NCBI GenBank assembly: GCA_965203095.1
Contig: OZ241877.1
Span: 1,216,001-1,280,000, forward strand
Source: Bdellovibrionales bacterium
GTDB taxonomy: Bacteria > Bdellovibrionota > Bdellovibrionia > Bdellovibrionales > UBA1609
DNA: 64,000 nt
Reading direction: 5' to 3'
Shown: in pieces, positions 61,799 through 64,000 of the stretch
Position numbering within the stretch: position 1 is the stretch's first letter
How the letters are laid out: every line of letters starts with the position of its first letter
The notes under the pieces: generated by a model
Seen by the model: the letters and a program-made list of their open reading frames with translations, nothing else
Databases searched by the model: none
Told to the model about the DNA's origin: nothing
Position numbers and translations under genes: made by a program

Positions 61799-63345
61799 GC
61801 TCCCTCTTTTTTATCCAAGCCATACTCTTTACTTTTTAAGACAACAGAAGTCCGGCTGGCCCCTAACTGTTTTGCCACTTGGCTTTTATTCCAATTGTTT
61901 TTTCTCAAAGATTCTAAAAGGATTCGCTTTTCAACAGAACGAAGAGCATCTTTAAGATTTTTTTGCTGACCTAATTGAAGAGCTTGGTTTAAGGAGTATG
62001 AAAAATTTCTAATATGAGGAGAGAGATCTCGATCAGTCACAATCATTTGATCTTTGGGGATTAAAGACATGATTTTTTCAATTTCGCTTTTCAATTCCCG
62101 GACATTTCCCGGCCAAGAATAATTGTAAAAAGAAGTCATAGCTTTAGAAGAGAACTGTGTTTTTTTTAAAGGGTTTTTCATTTTCATAAAGTGCTGGATG
62201 AGCAAGGGGATGTCTTCTTTTCTCTGTTTCAAAGGAGGGACTTTTATAGTTAAAGCACTGAGATGCAAGTAAAGCCCTTTATTGAATCTTCCCTCTTTAA
62301 CCAAAGTGGACAAATGGCTACTTGTCCCGATAATAATTTTCACATTAGATTTTTTTGGTTTTGTGTCTCCTTCAACAAAAAACATTCCTTTTTTTAAAAA
62401 ATGTAAAAGTTTTTCTTGAAACTCTAAACTAGTATTTTCAATACCATTGAGGAATAAGGCCCCTCCGTTGATTTTTTCTACTAAAGGAACAGGTCTTTTC
62501 CGCCTTTTTTGCTTTTTTTTGGGAAAAATCTTAGGGTTATATCCAAAAAATTCCATCTCTAAAAGTTTTCCATTAAAAGTGGAAAAGTTTTGCAAATGAA
62601 AAGGTTTTTTTGCCCTCGGAGATTGGGCATGAATGATTTTAGCAAGTAGACTTTTTCCCACTCCATTAGCTCCCATAATTAAGAGTCCAGATGGCCAATC
62701 ATTTTTTAGTTTTTTGAGAAGGCTAAAAATATACTGCATGGATGGGGATTGCCCTAACATTAGGCCATAGCGAGGGCGAGCATTGGTATGGTTTAGCTTT
62801 TCGATCAGACGAGCCTGCCTTGTTTTTTCCTGAAGTAAGATAAAAAACTCCTCTGCCAATATTTTTAGCATTTTTTGAACATAAACCTCATCCGTTGAAG
62901 AAAGTTTTTTTAAATTATTTATTTTTTGTTTGATTGCTGTTTTTGACAAACCTAAGTATAAAAGGGATTGGAAAAGCCTCTCTCCTTTTTGTGGAGCAAA
63001 TCCTGTAGCCACTAAAAAAGCCTCTAAAGGAGCATTCCTTAATAACAAAGGGACAACAAAAAGGTTGAGACCTGTTTGTTTCCAAGGTAGCAACTTGGCC
63101 CCTTGCCTTGGGTTTGTTTTTCTGCTTGTGGCAATATTTAAAGAACCAAGAAAATGATTTTTAAATAGAGAGGATTTTAAAAGACTTTGGACTATGGGAT
63201 TATTCAGTTGCTGAATATTGTCATAAAAAAACCTTTTGTTGTTTTTAACAACAACCAAAATATCTATACCCCACCAGTCTCTAAGAAGATATTTGAATCT
63301 CTTAAAGATATGAAAATCGCGAAACTGATTATAAATGTCTAACAT
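61795..63345 (-). CDS. NtrC/Fis-family regulator with degenerate sigma54-activator domain
   Basis: GANGVGKS, PPLKQRKEDI, YSWPGNVRELK and a Fis HTH; GAFTGA loop and Walker B are altered. Confidence 0.88.
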   Translation of the reverse strand: MLDIYNQFRDFHIFKRFKYLLRDWWGIDILVVVKNNKRFFYDNIQQLNNPIVQSLLKSSLFKNHFLGSLNIATSRKTNPRQGAKLLPWKQTGLNLFVVPLLLRNAPLEAFLVATGFAPQKGERLFQSLLYLGLSKTAIKQKINNLKKLSSTDEVYVQKMLKILAEEFFILLQEKTRQARLIEKLNHTNARPRYGLMLGQSPSMQYIFSLLKKLKNDWPSGLLIMGANGVGKSLLAKIIHAQSPRAKKPFHLQNFSTFNGKLLEMEFFGYNPKIFPKKKQKRRKRPVPLVEKINGGALFLNGIENTSLEFQEKLLHFLKKGMFFVEGDTKPKKSNVKIIIGTSSHLSTLVKEGRFNKGLYLHLSALTIKVPPLKQRKEDIPLLIQHFMKMKNPLKKTQFSSKAMTSFYNYSWPGNVRELKSEIEKIMSLIPKDQMIVTDRDLSPHIRNFSYSLNQALQLGQQKNLKDALRSVEKRILLESLRKNNWNKSQVAKQLGASRTSVVLKSKEYGLDKKEGA

Positions 63346-63381
63346 AAGAGCTTTTTCCTTTTTAAAGAACCTCTATAAGAT

Positions 63382-63408
63382 TTATCGTAAAAAAAGAGGA
63401 ATATCTTA
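63382..63408 (-). promoter_or_regulatory. Sigma28-like promoter of the regulator
   Basis: Minus strand TAAG-N15-TACGATAA. Confidence 0.4.
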
Positions 63409-63498
63409 AGTAAAATTCACAAAAATATATGTTATAGAGTGAAAATATAGGTTTTTTTAAAAAATTAGCTGGTTTTGCTTATTAAACAGGACTAAAGT

Positions 63499-63690
63499 AA
63501 TCGCCCGTGAAAAAGGCTACATTTGACAGATCGCATAAGCAAAAGTCCATCTTGGCTGTAGCGAACACATACAATTCCCGCGAAACAAGTCATTCCCGCG
63601 AAAGCGGGAATCCATAAAATCCAGTTTTTGTGAAAACAGGGGGTCTTCCTGTAAAGCAAGGTTTCTGGATTCCTGCTTTCGCAGGAGCCA
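63499..63690. repeat. MITE/palindrome family member with a dRS3/RPE-like ATTCCC-N8-GGGAAT unit
   Basis: TCGCCCGTGAAAAA end; GTCATTCCCGCGAAAGCGGGAATCCA at 63589-63614; inverted variant at 63666-63686. Confidence 0.8.
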
Positions 63691-63888
63691 AAAAAATTAG
63701 GGGACTTTTTGGCAAATTAGCCGGGGGCAAGCTTTAAATCCACCCTCACTATCCAGCTCTTTACAAACCTTAATCCTCTTTTCTGAGTGAAATCAGATTA
63801 TAAAAAGCAAAGCCTAAAGTTGATTTTATAGATAAAATTTAAAGTTTAATATTGAAATATTTAAAATTGAATTTTAAAATTTACCATT

Positions 63889-64000
63889 ATGTGGATTGAG
63901 AGAGAAATCTCAAAAAAAATTTTAAATTTGCGAAAAGCAAAAAAAGTTATTCTGCTTACAGGCCCCAGGCAAACAGGAAAGTCCAGTTTGTTTAAAAGGC
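63889..64000 (+). CDS. AAA_14/DUF4143-type ATPase, 5' fragment
   Basis: Hand translation MWIEREISKKILNLRKAKKVILLTGPRQTGKSSLFKR; runs off the window. Confidence 0.8.
   Translation, partial: MWIEREISKKILNLRKAKKVILLTGPRQTGKSSLFKR

Overview
AT-rich bacterial chromosome segment. Gene content and order (purB-purC-purS, murG-murC, carAB followed by a PilH/PilI-like ABC pair, maiA-hppD-hmgA, lpdA-sucB) and an S74-chaperoned fibre point to a Bdellovibrionota-like organism. The many secreted ankyrin, Sel1 and pentapeptide-repeat genes suggest it may be host-associated. Both points are inference. The main find is an 887-aa fibre gene (7026-9689) joining a prepilin-like N-terminus to beta-roll/Cys-rich repeats and a phage-type S74 chaperone. 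It has a sigma28-like promoter and two slippage tracts (C17 and a TCCCCCC heptamer). An IS1634 element sits between two copies of a 3.34-kb segment, which captures two heptamer alleles side by side and leaves one intact murG. Also seen: an IS630 splitting a ~1300-aa secreted HExxH protein bracketed by direct repeats; a mosaic MITE/palindrome repeat family, with one copy inside a CDS; a promoter plus signal-peptide module reused on different cargo; a fused R-M-S gene; an MFS-rhodanese fusion; a degenerate sigma54 activator; and a duplicated beta-barrel plus EF-hand protein module. No rRNA, intact tRNA or CRISPR array was found.
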